DNA from: the human T2T-CHM13v2.0 reference genome, Homo sapiens
Length of the DNA stretch: 64,000 nucleotides
NCBI RefSeq assembly: GCF_009914755.1
Contig: NC_060929.1
Strand: one strand, 5' to 3'
Shown: positions 1 through 16,734 of the stretch, piece by piece
Layout of the letters: each line of letters starts with the position of its first letter
Numbering within the stretch: position 1 is the first letter of the stretch
Translations under genes and position numbers: made by a program
Notes under the pieces: generated by a model
The model's database searches: none
Seen by the model: the letters and a program-made list of their open reading frames with translations, nothing else
What the model was told of the DNA's origin: nothing

Positions 1-2229
1 GGAGATTCAAGGAGCTCTCGGGAGATGGAGCTGTTGGAGGGGGCTGGGGACATGCAGGCACGGCCTGGGAGAGGCAGATGTGCAGGAGGGACGGTCTGGA
101 GCCCTGGGAGGGCAGGTAAGGAACGCAAAGCACCCATTCAGCAGTCAGACAGGCAGTCCTGGGTTTCCACTCCAAGTCAACCTCTTCCTAGCAGTGTAAC
201 TTGACTTCTCAGATCTTCATCCTTTTCATTGGCCAAATGGAGCCACAGAGATAGTGCCTACCTAACGAGGTGGTCGTGAGAATGAATGAAATTGTACAGG
301 TGCATCTCCTGGGTGCCCAGTAAAGGACAGCTCCCTTCCTGACCCTCCCCGGATGGAGGTCATTACCCCAACACTGCCCCCTCCTGTTTATTTGCAAGCA
401 ATGGCCAATCCTACTCCTTTCTTTTATTCTTTTTGCAATGGAGGGGACTGAGTGGCCTTCATCTCCAATCTCAATCTGGAGGCTGGTTCTCCTGGGTAGT
501 CGCATACTTTGTCCTTTGCCCACCTCTCTAGAGCATGAAGAGGGCATGGGCAAGGCGCTCTAGAGCCCACTTCCACTATGAGCTAAGGGACCATCTAGGG
601 GACACATTCCCTCGCCTAATCTGCCACCCCCTACCCTGCTTTTTCTCTCTCCCTCAGCCTAGAATCATGTGTAAACACAGAGCTGAAATTCTCCTGACCC
701 CTGAGAAGTGTCCCTTGGGTGAGACTGCCCAGGTACAGCCCCTTGGCCACCATAATCAGGTCCTGTTGGGTAAAACATTTGGCTTTCAGGCAAGTCTCCT
801 GTTGTTCCTTCCAATGAGCCTGGGCCCTGTCTCTAGGCCGGCTGGGAGGGAGCTAGGACCTGCAGAGTCAGCACCAGAACTGGTGATTGGGGCCTAGGCA
901 GGAAGCCAGGACATCACTGTGAGATGCTATGTGAGGCGAGAGCCAGAAGATCTCAGCTATCCCAGAGTCCAGGGACTGAGAACCAGGAAAAATCGTCACT
1001 GCAACAGGAGTCTCCTGGGGAAGCAATAAATCATTCTGAGGATAACACGGCCAGTTCTACTCAGTCATCTCCTCCTACCTGGGCTGCTTCTAGCAAAGTA
1101 CCTCCACCTGAGTTCACTCTTGCCTCATGGCATGTTAAAGGCACCTGCTGGTTGGAGACATTGAGGAAGACAGGACAGGTGGTATTAGCATCTTCATTTT
1201 ACTGATGAAGAAACCGAGGTCAGAAAGGGAAAGCTACTGTCCCCAGGCCACACAGCATGTAATATATGGAGGTGGAACTGAAAGCAAGCATTTAGACTCT
1301 GGATAAAGGCACCACAGCCTACCCTACTGAGTGTCACTCATCATGGCTACATGTACTGGAGGCCTTGTCACCACTGCTACCACCATGCTGCTTAGCTCCC
1401 CCTTTTTTTTGCCAGTATCACCACCTCGGGCCCCATCACAGCGGCTGCTGGGCTCACACACACATCCTCTTCCAGGAAGGGCAGCCCAGTCTGGGATTCT
1501 CATGTCCTGTGTGGTTTCCAGAAGAAAGAAACTATAGCCCTGAAGGTGGGGCAGTGGCCTACAGACAGTGGAGCACAGTGACCTGCAGCTAAGAGGCTCT
1601 TGGCATTGCTGAGGGTCTGGCTGGGACTATGGATGCAATCTGGCCACCACCTCCAAAGGATTTCCAGACCTCTCCCGCTGAACCAAGACACGGAGATGGA
1701 TAGGCCATCCTGGGTAGGGACCTCCAGTGGGGCACCCTGCTGCTTCCCTCACACTCATGCTGTGTGTCCAAGACAGAAATGCCACCCTGCTGCCCGACCT
1801 CAGTCTGTCTGATGTCTGTTTTCTGGTTCTATTCTCTGCGAAGAGACCAGTCTAGCCACTCCCTGTGTAAAAGCCAGCCACCCTCCTCTTGTTGAGGAGG
1901 ATTCTCTTTCTCCTCTTCTGCAGAGACTGAGGCATGGAGGGCAGTGTCTGGGATGAAGGGATCATTTAGGAAGAGGTCCTCCAGTAAGGTCTGATCTCTA
2001 TTGGCACCCTAGCCTATGTTCTCAAAAGCAGATCCTTACAACTTTACGTGAAATGGTCCTTACCTCTAAGAGTTGCCTTTAGAGGTGACCTTTAGAAGGA
2101 GCCACTGTGGAGTCCTGACTTCTGTGTGACGTTCATTAATAAATCACCTTCCCCAGCCACTCCCCAGAGCTTGTCTTCCATAATGGATGCAGAAAAGGGT
2201 TCAGTCAGGGAAAGGAAACTAACATGGGC

Positions 2230-2450
2230 CAAGAGCCTACTGCGTACCAGGCCCATGCTAGAGGATTGACCTACAAGATGCCATTTGATCCTTGCAACAG
2301 CTTTGTGAGGCGGCTCTTACTATTTCCACTGGGCAGTTAAGGAAACAGAAAATCAGAGAGGTTAAGTGACTTAACCAAGGTCACACAGGAAAAAGGTGGC
2401 AGAACTGGGATTTGAACCCAAATACATCTGAATGGAAAGTCCATGCTCTT
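2230..2450 (-). mobile_element. MIR SINE
   Basis: Reverse MIR core (gaggttaagtgactt...aggtcacacag...ggatttgaaccc). Confidence 0.75.
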
Positions 2451-2519
2451 TCTACCCGGAGTGCCTTTCATCACTGGTTCAGCTCTAGGGATGGAGGGCT
2501 CCTTCACAGAAAAAAGTTC

Positions 2520-2740
2520 TCCACTCCAACTTGGCAGTATTTTTCAAAATGAAAAATTCATACATATTTTGAGCCAGCAATCTCTCTTCTAGGAATAAAT
2601 CCTCAAGAAACACTCATACATGTGCACTAAGTGTATTAGATGTTCTTGTTTGCGAAGCAAAATATCAGAAACAAACTAAATGTCCATCAGTAAGGGACTG
2701 GATAAATAAACTGAATGACTATGTAGCTGTAAGAAAGGAG
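2520..2740 (+). mobile_element. Old L1M 3' fragment
   Basis: ccagcaatctctcttctaggaat...aaatgtccatcagtaagggactggataaataaa, typical of L1M. Confidence 0.65.
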
Positions 2741-2743
2741 GAG

Positions 2744-3625
<882 letters not shown>

Positions 3626-4043
3626 AGATACATAGATTGATTGATTGATTGATAGATAAAGATTGGTCTTGGAGCAAGGATTACATGATGAGTTGTTAGT
3701 AGGGACATTGGTTGCAACTGATTGCTGACTGTTCAGATAAACTCCAATGACCTTGTCTTCCTCCCCACCCCAAGCAGACCCACACCCTGTGCAGACTGGA
3801 AGCTCAGATGGACTACTGTCATTACACAGACAGCCTATGTAGCAGCAAAAAAGCTTTCATGAAACCTCAGACTGGCCCATCTGGAAAATCATCTTTGGCT
3901 GTGTGTTCTTTCTGATAAGTTATGTTATTCCTGCTTCACTGCTGAATGTCAGTTCAGTGATCCTAAAGGACAACCCCACCCCCATGCACACCTGCTTTCC
4001 CATCAGACTTAGTCCTCATCCCTGTAGTTGTGTCTCTCTCTAG

Positions 4044-4400
<357 letters not shown>

Positions 4401-4409
4401 TAGAGTCTC

Positions 4410-5130
<721 letters not shown>

Positions 5131-7337
5131 GAGACAAGGAAGGAAGATGGGAGACTTGACTGTCTGACCATGACACTGACATCGGGGAGTTCTTCACCTT
5201 CTAGATCTCAGTTAGGTCTTATGAAAAACTGGGTATGGCATCCAGATCTGATTCTCTGCTGTTGGGACACTTGCAGTCTAGTTTCTTTTCATAGCCTTAG
5301 GCAGATGATCTGAATTAAAGCAGCTTCCAGATCTTTCTGTCACCACCACTCTCACTACTCCCCTATTTCAACTCCCAGTGGAGACTCTGTGGTATAGAGG
5401 GGTGAGGGAGGAAGAAAAGAGAAAGTAAGAGATGGGATGGGAAAGAAAGAGAAGGGAAGAACAACAGAGACAAAAGCTCTGGAGCAAACCTCCAAGGCTG
5501 CACTGGTCCTGGGCCACCTCAGCCCCCATCTCCATCCCACCCACTGGCCCACATCCTCCACCTGTGAGTGGTGCATTGCGGCTTAGCTGTTCCAGACCCC
5601 CTGGCTGGGCTGGGCTCCAAGCTCTGCTGCTTTGTCAGGGTATCATTATCCCCATTCTGCAGCTCTTGTCACCTGGAGGCTCTTTCTTCTTCTCTGGCCC
5701 ACACACCAACACACAGGTGCCTCCTGCCTGGCTTTCAGCTCCTCCTACCTGCCACCTTCTTTCAGGGCCCTTTCCATTGCCACATAGTCAGTGGCTCTGC
5801 CCCTAAGGGTGCCATCCCAGCCCAGGACCATTTTCCCTCCTCTTCTCTTCCTCACTGAGTTCTCCACCCTTTGTCTAGAGAGAGCCAAAGCCTCTGCTCT
5901 AAAGGGTTTCTTTTTTCTCCCTGGGAGGAAAAAGGTGAAAAAGGTATCCAGGGTGCTGGGCAGATCCAGATAACTGATCACTCCATGAGAACCAAGCACT
6001 CACCCGTGTCTGGTCTGCAATGCATCCACATTCTTCTCCACAGCTCAGAGTGGAAGCTCCTTTTCTAGTTATCCCACACTCAGGGCTTCTGAAACTCACC
6101 ACTTTCCCTGAGTCCCTTGTCAATATCTAGTTTTGCAAATTCCACCTGGGTTTCAGGAGATCGCAAAAGCTTTGAGATCTGCCTGCAACTCGCTGTGAAA
6201 ACCTTGGACAAATCCCTTCCCTGCGGACTCCTGGGTTGTACTACAGTGAAGAGGTTGAATTAGATCAAAGAGGTAAATCCTAGCACACATGCCACCATTT
6301 CTCATCCAATGCCCATGGCAGACATTGCTAATCAACTACGGCACTCTCTTTTCAGGATGCATTCCAGGAAGCTGCTACTCATCATTCAACATTAGCTCAT
6401 GACATGAAACATCTTTGCCACTCCTGGACTAGCTGATCTCTGAAGGCCCTTCTCTCATTGACAGCAAGGATTGTGTGGCCTGGTTGAATCAATATTACTT
6501 CTCCCTAGTTCCAACTTTTCCCTCCAGCTCATTCTTTTGATCATCCCCATCCCTCCCTCTCTCTCATCTTGCCTTGTTTCCAAGTCTCTGCTGCTGAGTC
6601 CATGTAAACCCTAGATGATGTCTGGGTCTCCAAGGTTCTGTTTACTGTCACTCAACTTCAGGCTCTTTGAAGGTTACATTTTCCAGGCAGTCACACTTAC
6701 ACATGTTGGGCGGTTCCGTGGCATTGGCTCAGGGGAGGGAGGCAGTGATCGAGACATCAGAGACAGTCAGAGGAGGAGCAGGAGGAATAAGACCAAAGAA
6801 ATATTAAGAAAGAGATAACAGGATAGACAGACAGTGGGGCTAGAGTTAAATTTATGTATCAAGGCCATCCTGGTAAGAACAGGGAGCAGGAGTTTTAATG
6901 GAATTTATCCTGGACCCCCAAGGTCACAGTGGGAGGGAGGATCAGGGAGGACCTAAAAGCAAAGGACAAAGGGAGCATATAAATTAGTAGCTCAACTGAC
7001 AAACGTGAAAGAGGTGAAGGGATTCTTTGGTGGGGGAAACTATCAGGAGTTGCCATAATAAGATGGACTTAACCATGCTTCACGAGTGTAAAAGCATCCA
7101 CTAGTTATTGATCAGAAGAGTTTGGTAGAGTCAGGCAGGTGCTGGCTAGCAGCCAATTAGAGGCTTAAAGCAAAGCCCAACCCAGGTTGCAGGACATGTC
7201 TTATCTCCTCAGAACTGCCTGGAGCAGTTTTAGAGTTTCAGGAAATGCTACCAACTTTATCAGATGGGCATGTGCACTGGTGGGGCATGCACAAGGGCCA
7301 ACCAGCCAAGAGTGGAATGACCAGAAGAAAGCCCATG

Positions 7338-7755
7338 TGGCTGTGCACAGTGGCTCATGCCTGTAATCCTAGCACTTTGGGAGGCTGAGGCAGAAGGATT
7401 GCTTGAGTCCAGGAGTTCAAGACCAGCCTGGGCAACATAGCAAGATTCTGTCTTGCTACAAAAATTTTAAAAATTAGCTGGGTGTGGTGGCGCATGCCTG
7501 TGGTCCCAGCTATTTGGGAGCCTGAGGCAGGAAGATCTCTTGAGCCTGTGGGGGTGGGGGCGTTCAAGGCTACAGTGAATCATGGTGATGTCACTGCACT
7601 CCAGCCTGAGCAACAGAGCAAGACCCTGTCTCAAAAAAAAAAAAAGAAAGGAAGAAAGAAAAAAGAAAGGAAAGAAAGAAAAATAAGGAGGAGTGAAGGA
7701 GGGAGGAAGGGAGGGAGGGAGAAAGGAAGGAAGGAAGGGAGGGAGGGAGGGAAAA
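7338..7755 (+). mobile_element. AluJ-like element with GGAA/GGGA tail
   Basis: Alu consensus with J-type ggattgcttgag. Confidence 0.88.
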
Positions 7756-7898
7756 CAAAGCCCTACATGCTATAGGTCTGGGTTCAAATCCTGGCTCATC
7801 TACTTACTGAGACTTTGGTCTCAGTTTTCTCCTCTGTAAAGTGAAGACAAGCAGCACCTAACTCATAAGGTTGTTGAGTATTAAATAAGAATGCACGA

Positions 7899-8185
7899 GG
7901 CTGGGCGCAGTGGCTCACACCTGTAATCCCAGCACTTTGGGAGGCCAAGGCGGGTGGATCACCTGAGGTTGGGAGTTTGAGACCAGCCTGACCAACATGG
8001 AGAAACCCCATCTCTACTAAAAATACAAAATTAGCCGGGCATGGTGGCACACGCCTGTAATCCCAGCTACTCGGGAGGCTAAGGCAGGAGAATCACTTGA
8101 AGGTGGAGCTTGCAGTGAGCCGAGATTGTGCCATTGCATTCCAGCCTGGGTGACAGAGTGAGACTCCATCTCAAAAAAAAAAAAA
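7899..8185 (+). mobile_element. Alu inserted in a MIR (MIR about 7770-8260), TSD aagaatgca
   Basis: Alu consensus; MIR core continues on both sides. Confidence 0.9.
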
Positions 8186-9084
8186 GAATGCATGTAAAGG
8201 GCTTGGCACAGTGTCAGGCTTGTGGCTGATAATAAATGGTAGCCGGTAATGTTAGCATTAGTATTCTCATGGGCAACATGTCTAAGGGGTCCCTTGAGTG
8301 ACCCCTACTACACTCAACATATATACATAAACTTTAATGGTGGGATCCTCCAGGCACACCACCTAATTTGCATGTGATAAATTTTGTCTAAACCAAAAAA
8401 GGCTGTAATTCAAAATATATGCTCTTGAGTGGGATTGCTCATGTATAGGAAGAGCTAGACAGCTCCTGTGGGCCTAAGAGGAAGAACTGATTCTTCCCTA
8501 GGATGCAAAAGCCAGATGTGGGGGAACAGCAGAAGTGCTGGGCTGACAAAGGCTGGGAAGAGACCCAAAGATGCTGACAAGAGGGGCAGGTTCTGGTCAG
8601 TTCTTTGTCTCCTTGACAATGCTGTGGTTGGGGCCCTGTCCAGGCTGCCTGCCCTGCCCAGCACTCCTTTCCTCCTCCCTGAGAAGGAAATGGAAGAAAA
8701 CAGGACTTCTGCTGTCTGGAAGTCTGCATGGCTGGGGTTGGCAAGGGCCAATCAGGCCTGTAGGCTGGCAGTCAGGATGCCAGTCAGCTGGGGATGAGGA
8801 GCTAGGGATGAGGCTGACGGGGCAACTTCCCAGAGACCCTACAGCTGGCCGCTGCTGCCTTCCTGAGGCTGTGCAGTGGGGTGTGGAAGGAGCCAGGGAT
8901 CGTCTGACCCCATGTGTCATGCCCGCTGACTCTTCCATGTGGCACAGAAAGAAACCTCAGCTTCCCAGTAGACTTCTATCCCCAGGACATGAGTGGTGCC
9001 CACCTGAGCCTGAGACCACAGTTGCTTTTCAGATGTCTCTCAGCAGGGTTCCACATCGTCATGCCCTGGCACAAGCACAGAGGT

Positions 9085-9330
9085 TAAGGGGAACCTGGCA
9101 CAGAGGTTAGGCTGTGGAGTCAAGCAGACCTGAGTTCAAGTCTCAGCTTTGCCATTTACTGGTGTGACCTAGGGCCAGCTCTGTGAGCGATCCAGGCCTC
9201 AGTTTCCTTACCCAGAAGTTAGGGATGATAAAAGGAAGTTCCTTACAGGACCAAGTGAGAATGATGCATGTGAAGTATTTGGCCCAGGTCTGGCGCATAG
9301 TAAGTGCTTGAAAAATGTTAGCCATAGTTC
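9085..9330 (+). mobile_element. MIR SINE
   Basis: ctgagttcaagtctcagc...gtgtgacct...cctcagtttcct core. Confidence 0.75.
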
Positions 9331-11334
9331 TTCTAATTAATTATTACTATAATTTGTGAGGTCCCCAAATGTACTATGATTGAGCAGTTACATAAATTCC
9401 AGCCAGAAGTCCATATGGCCCAGTATGGGAATGACTGTCTCCAAAGTCCAGGGTGATTTGATCCTAGTCTTTCTGTCACACTGAGGATGTGGCGCAGGTC
9501 AGGGCTGGAGTCCCTTTAGACCACTGGAGAGCCTCCCTTTCCGTGGAAACCCATGGGGAATCTTAGATGATACAGCTCCTGGATTCCCTTTGCCCTCAGG
9601 CCTGGCCAGGGTGCGGAAGGAGGCAATGGGGATGGGGAATATATGCCTCTGAACAGCTGTGCCTGAAGTGGCCCGCTTCCACATCCCTGGGACCAGGACG
9701 CCCTCCAAGGGAAAGGACCCAAAGCTGCCTGGATTTCCAAAGATTTTGGTCCAGACTCTAGATGGTCAGGGCTGGTGGCTTGGGGAAGCAACCCCCACTT
9801 CTCTGAGCCATTGCTGAGAAAGTAGGAGGGAACAATGGCTTATGGTGACAGACAGGAGGCCACGAGGAGACCCCAGACTCTTTTGCTAGGGACCTTAGTT
9901 CAAGAGCACCACCTGGCAGTATTCTCCTCCCCCTGCCTTATTTCTCCTCAGGAACAGACTGTGTTCCTGTGTTTACCTGGGGGGTGAGCTGGGTCTGGGT
10001 ATTTCTCTGTATGTGGGCCCTTCCTTGTCCCCCACCCAACGGATGCCTGGGCTGGATTGTATATTTCCGGAGTTGCCTACTTGAATCACAGGCTTTTATT
10101 TTTAGAAGATTACAAATGCGGGGGCTGGAAGAGAGAACTGAGGGCCCGGAGCTGGGGTGGGGGAAGAAGTTCAGGGTCTGAATACGGTGCATATGGGACA
10201 GGAGTGGGGCAGGCACTAATAAGGAAGGAATAAGTGAGATGGTGGGAAAAAACGAGGTGAGGAAGTTGGGAGGGGTCCCACTCTCCCAGTGCCCCAGCAC
10301 CCTGTGCGGGATCAGACTTTTCTCGGGCTGGGGAGGGCCTCTGGAGGGGAACGGGTCAAGGGCCACCTCTCCGGCATGTAGCTGGGTCCCCTGAGAGGCT
10401 GAGGAGCCTGGGAAAGAGATGAGAAAATCGCTCCCCTTCCCCCTCCCCCAGGCCTCTGGGACTGGGAGAGAAGCTTCCTGTGCAGACAACTTCTCCATCC
10501 CCTGGGCTAGGACGTCTTAACCCTTCTAGTGCTGGTATCAGAGAAACAGCAACACAGATGTGCACATACATTCTTGCAGAATGGCCCAAATGCTACGTCC
10601 CATACAGGTGTAGGCCTTGCTCTTGTTCTGCCGTGTTCAACGTGCACCTCCCAGCTCCTGACCCCAAAGCCCCAGATTACTCAAAGCAGCAAGAATTCAG
10701 CGGATTCTCCTACCAGAGCACAGACTGAGGAAAATGGAGACCCTTCACCTGGGCATGGGTGGCACAGCATCTCTTCCTTCACTATTGGGTAGTGAGAAGA
10801 CATCAGACAGAACTTAGAGCTTGTAGAGTTAGGAAGTCCCCATCCTGCCATTAATAGGTAGCTCCAGGCTGACAGGAAAGGAGCCTTAAAGCCAAGAGAG
10901 CTGGTTTGCATTTCTGTCTCTGTGTATGACCTTGAGAAGTTACTTAACTTTCTTGACTTTAGGTGCAGCTTCTGAAAAACACGAGGAAATCAAACCAGAG
11001 ATGGTCTGGTGCCGTAAGAGGCAAAGAAAGGATATCTTTCTTTGGCTTTTCATTCCCTGGAATCCCCTGACCAAGGCAGCCCCAAGTCTCCAAACACCGA
11101 ATTTCAGGGCTTTCCTCTCCATCTGCTCCATAAAGGCAAGAAGCCATTTGCTTTCTCCACCCCTGAATGACCATGCCCAGCATGGTATCTTGCACACAGT
11201 TGGCTTCCAATAAGCTTGTGATAAGCAACTAAATAGATACATGACCCACCTTGACTTTGGGATGGGATTTTTTTTTTCTTTTTCCATTGTCTTCTCAAGA
11301 GTACTAGACTAGAAGTTAGAAAGACCCGGCCCAA

Positions 11335-11718
<384 letters not shown>

Positions 11719-13317
11719 TCAATTTCATTTATCTGTCAAATGGACGTTAGAAAGAAAGCATCTACCTTATGGGCCTGTTGTCAGCATAAATCCAAAAAGC
11801 CTTTGAAAACTCTAAGGTGATATACAAAAGCACGTAGGATTGTTATCGGTAATACTGGTAGTCCTAGACCTAATTTCAGGGGTGGTCTGAAGTGTGGCAC
11901 TTTTGAGCCTGAGGCAGCAGCTTGACAGATGTATGATCTTGAGCAAGTTTCTAAACCGCTCTAAGCCTCAGTTACCTCATCTACAAAATGGGGATTCCAA
12001 TAGTACCTGATAGTAAATATAAATGGTTTGCACCATGCCTGGCGCAGCAAACTCCATAAATAGTGGCTATTGTTATCCTCACCTCCCCCATTAACTCCTC
12101 CAGCAGCTTTGCCCCCACCTTCCCACCTCGAGGTGGTTGTTGCACCCATACCTTTCTTGCACAATGACAGATATTCCCAGCTTTCTACTTTGGCCTGATT
12201 TGGATGAAAATTTATCTCCCAGAAGCTGCCTGCCTCCCAGCCCTGGAAGGAGACAGAGTAGGAGTGAGGGTTGCTCAGGGGAGGCCAGAGGCTGAGGGGC
12301 TTTGAATTGACTGTGTGTGTGGTGGGGTACGAGGATCAGAGGCTGACCCAGCACCCCCACCAGCCACCCCAGATCGAGGCTGCTCAGCCTGCCAGGCGGG
12401 GCACATTGATGCTGGGAGCTGCTTATCAGGTTAGAGCGGAGCCACTGTCTCTGGCTGTCTCTGCACATTACCCGACCCATCCGTCCTGCTCTCCTGCGCA
12501 CCCTGCCTGCCCCCAGCTCTGCCTGCGCTAACTAGTTAATTGGATCTTGGCTAACCTGGTTATGGGCCAAGTCAGCCAACTCTCCTGCCTCCAGAAGCAG
12601 GGTGGGGGAGAGGCAGAGCCGCTGTGCATGTGTGCATGAGCATGTGTGTCTGTGTGCTGGAGCCTGTCTTTGGACTGGATCTTGGTCCCTAAGGTGAGCC
12701 CAGAGCACCCTGCCCCACTGTGACAGGTGGAAGGCACTGAGTCACACGACCTGATTCCAAAGCGCAGCCATACCACAAACATAGTCTATATGACTGGGGT
12801 GGGAAGCTGAACCTCAGCTTCCTCCTCTGTAAAATGGGGCTTATAAAATGTACCACCCAGGGTGGTACATTTTATCAAGAGAAACAGAACATTCACTTCA
12901 GTGCCTGGCACTTAGTAGGCACTCTGGGAATTACAACCAATCATCATCATCTTTAGTCACATTGGGTTCCTGCCATCCTCCCCAATCCTGGGGGGTTTGT
13001 AGGAAACATCTCAGGGTGGGGGGTAGGAGAAGCTTTCATTCACTGTTCTTTGCAGGTGTTTCCTCTGAGGCTCAACTCCAATCTCCTCAATTGTTCCTTA
13101 TGCAAATGTTATGCTAATGATCACATCAGCGCTCCCCCGAGCCCAGCGCCAGGAAGGTGACGCGGGGCTGACTCCCCAGCTTTCACTTTGGCCAAGTCCC
13201 TCGCCTTCCTCCCCAAAAGAGGAGCAAATGCTGGTCCTCTGACAACACCAGTCCTCAGGGCAGAGAGAGAGAGACCTCGATGGAGAGAGAAACAATGAAA
13301 GGCCCCAGTCTTGGTAG

Positions 13318-13820
<503 letters not shown>

Positions 13821-14557
13821 AAGAGCTAGAGTTTCTAACTGGCAAGTAATTTTCCTTAAGGACAGGGACCATGCCCAGCATCGCCCCTCCCCAGCGCTCA
13901 AGCTCCAGGAGGACAGAGGTCCCCCAATAAAGTGTAGAGATCAAAACTGAGGAAGTGATCCCAGCAGTTCTTGTCCCACCATGCTTTCACTTTCTTACCA
14001 GCTATGTGACTTCATCTCTTTGTCTTGTTTCCCCAACTGTAAGATGGGTATAATAATTCCCACTTTTTACGGTTTACTATGAGAATTAAATAAGTAAAAT
14101 CTTGTAGGCCTCCAGGAAATTCAATCATAACTGGGGAATAGAGTGACAGCAAAGGAAAAGCAATTCCCATTCCTGTTCTGTGGCCCACATTAGCTGGGCG
14201 GTCAGATATAACCTGTCCCACTTTGCACCTGGCAACTTGATGTGGGATCAGTTTTCTGAACCAAGGCAAATAATAAAATCAAATGGTGTGTGCCCTCCCA
14301 GCTAGGTGGGTTTGAGATTGGGGTCTCCGCTGAACATTTAACCTGCCCTCTGGGTTAATGTTGGACAAGATTTATAGCTGGACTTTAGTCTTCTGACGCT
14401 ATCCTCTAAATGGTATAAAAATAGAGATGGAGTTGGGGGAGGTGCCCAAAGGCGACACTGTAGGCACAAGTACAGCAGCAGGGCAGGGGTGCTGATGAGG
14501 CCAATGTGGAACCAGACTCTTCCCTATGGGGAACCTCCTGCTGACACTGCCAGGTTT

Positions 14558-14613
14558 CTGTGTGTGTGTGTTTGTGTATGTGTGTGTGTGTGTTGTGTTT
14601 TTTTTTTTTTTTT
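14558..14613 (+). repeat. Imperfect (TG)n plus poly-T
   Basis: Seen directly. Confidence 0.85.
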
Positions 14614-15304
14614 CCTGAAATGCCCAGGCCTGTAGGCAGCTTTCTCCTGATCCCTCCAGTCTCTATAGAGAGGAGCTCCAGCACTGGGAGCCTACTCCAG
14701 GGTAGACCCAGCCCTCCAGGCATAGTAGGTGCTCAGTAAATACAAATTGGATGGACTAGAGAGATAGCCCCGAGGACACTGCCAAATAAATAACAAATTG
14801 TGCAAGCAGCAGGCCGCTGTAATTAGACCAAGGAGGACAGTCAGTTATTAATATCAGACACGTGGCAGGGTTAACAGCCACTGAGGGTGGGTACAATGAA
14901 GAGAGTCACTTTCTGCACCCTCAGGGACTTCCCTTGTGATGGCCTTCTAAAGAGGGCTGAACAGCACCAAGTGCCCTCGCTGCCTCTGGATCCTGCTGCC
15001 CTCCGCGTGCCTTGGTGCCCCACAACTAGGGCCCTGGTCCCTCCCATGTCCCCCTCCCTCCTACAACCCCTCAGCCCCTTATCTGCCCAGCCATTATGAT
15101 GCCTATCAGTATGAAGCCCAGATGAGAGTTCTTTATACTCGAGCCTTATCTCCCCTGTGAGATTCTAAACTACCCAAGGGCAGGATTTATCCTGTGCCCA
15201 TTACTGTATCCCCAGTTGTGGGAGCAGGGCCCCTGTCCTGTAAGGTCTGCTTAATAAATGCTTGTTAAAATGGAGAATTCCAGTGGGGAGGACAGGGAGC
15301 ATGA

Positions 15305-15443
15305 GGGAGAGACTGGGAAAAAGAAAAGGAGGTTAGCTCGAAGAAGGGAGAGAGAGAGGAGGGAAGGGGGAAGGAGGGAAGAGAAGGAACAAAGGAAGGA
15401 AAGAAGGGAGGGAGGAAAGGGGTAAGGGAGAAAGAGAAGAAGG
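15305..15443 (+). repeat. Purine-rich GA/GGAA low-complexity tract
   Basis: Seen directly. Confidence 0.8.
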
Positions 15444-16681
15444 CTATATTATGTGTATTCATGGGATCGGGAACAGAAGCCTTGCTGTCCTCGGTGCTTA
15501 GAGTCTATTTGGAAAGATAAGGTGGCAGGTAAAGAGCCCTGCCCCTGCCCTGCTGCCCTGCATCTGCTGGGGCTGGCTGGCGTGTCCCTGGCCCGTACCT
15601 GCTCTCTGCCCTTCAGCCCCGGCTCCCCTTGGCAACTCGCCTCTGAGGAGGTACTCCTGGGAGCCTTCCAAGGGGTGGGGGCCGGGCAGGAACCCAAGCC
15701 AAGCCAGGGAGCATGGCCAGGAAGGAGTCAGCAAAGCAGATGCCGCCCCTCTCCTGCTGTCTTGATTAGAGAAATTGAGATGTTAATAATATTCTGAGAT
15801 GCAAGGTGCTAATTAAAGTTAATTACTGTTTCCTTGTGAAGTAACCTCTCCTCGTGTTTACCAGGAACAAGGCTGCCAGCCGCTCCCCTGGCTCGTGCCA
15901 ATCACGATGCCCGCTGCTTGGTGTACCCCTGCACTCTCACAGGTGCCCTCAGCTGCCCCAGACCAGCCTGGCCCAGTCCAGGCAGGCACAAGGATCTGAA
16001 GTTCCCAAGCTCTGCCTCTTGGCATGGCACCAGACCAGTCCTGCCAGGAAGCATGGGGACACATGGGCATAAGTGACCCCTGGGGCCTGGGGACAGGACT
16101 AGTGGCCTCAGCAGCTGGCACCCCTGTCCTGTGCCTCCTCCCCTCCTACAGAGTCTTGACCTGTCTCTTTCCAGCTCCTTGACCTGAAACAAGTTACTTA
16201 AACTCTTAGAACCTCAGTTTTCTCATCTGTAAACGGGGCTAATAGTTCCTACCTTGTACTATTGCTGAAAATCAAATGAGACACTGCCTGTAAAATGTTT
16301 ACCACAACCACATAGCTGGAATTTAATAAACTCTCAATTAAAGATAACTGTGATTATTGTTGTCTTTGTTAATAATCATCCCCCCCAAATCCCTCTCCTG
16401 TGTGGTCTGACTGCAGGACTGGGGCTGGGTCACCTGGGTATATACATGTCCTCCGTGGATACGGGGACACCACCCAGCTACGCTGCACACATAATCCCAC
16501 ACCAAACCACCCATTTGCGAAGCACATCCCCTACCCACCTTGTGGAGGGCCTCCCGCTTGCTGGCACCCTGACACATCCTCTTCCCACGGCCCCCTCCCT
16601 CGTGTCAGCCTCACCCAGAGAAGTAGAGAGAAGAGGGGCAGCCGAGGAGTAGAGAGAACCCAGAAGTAGAGTTCTGCAAAA

Positions 16682-16683
<2 letters not shown>

Positions 16684-16733
<50 letters not shown>
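16684..16733 (+). repeat. (GT)25 microsatellite
   Basis: Perfect dinucleotide run. Confidence 0.97.

Positions 16734-16734
<1 letters not shown>

Noticed and set aside
8360-8380. Octamer ATTTGCAT
   Set aside because: Single 8-mer is expected by chance in 64 kb; no snRNA-type gene nearby
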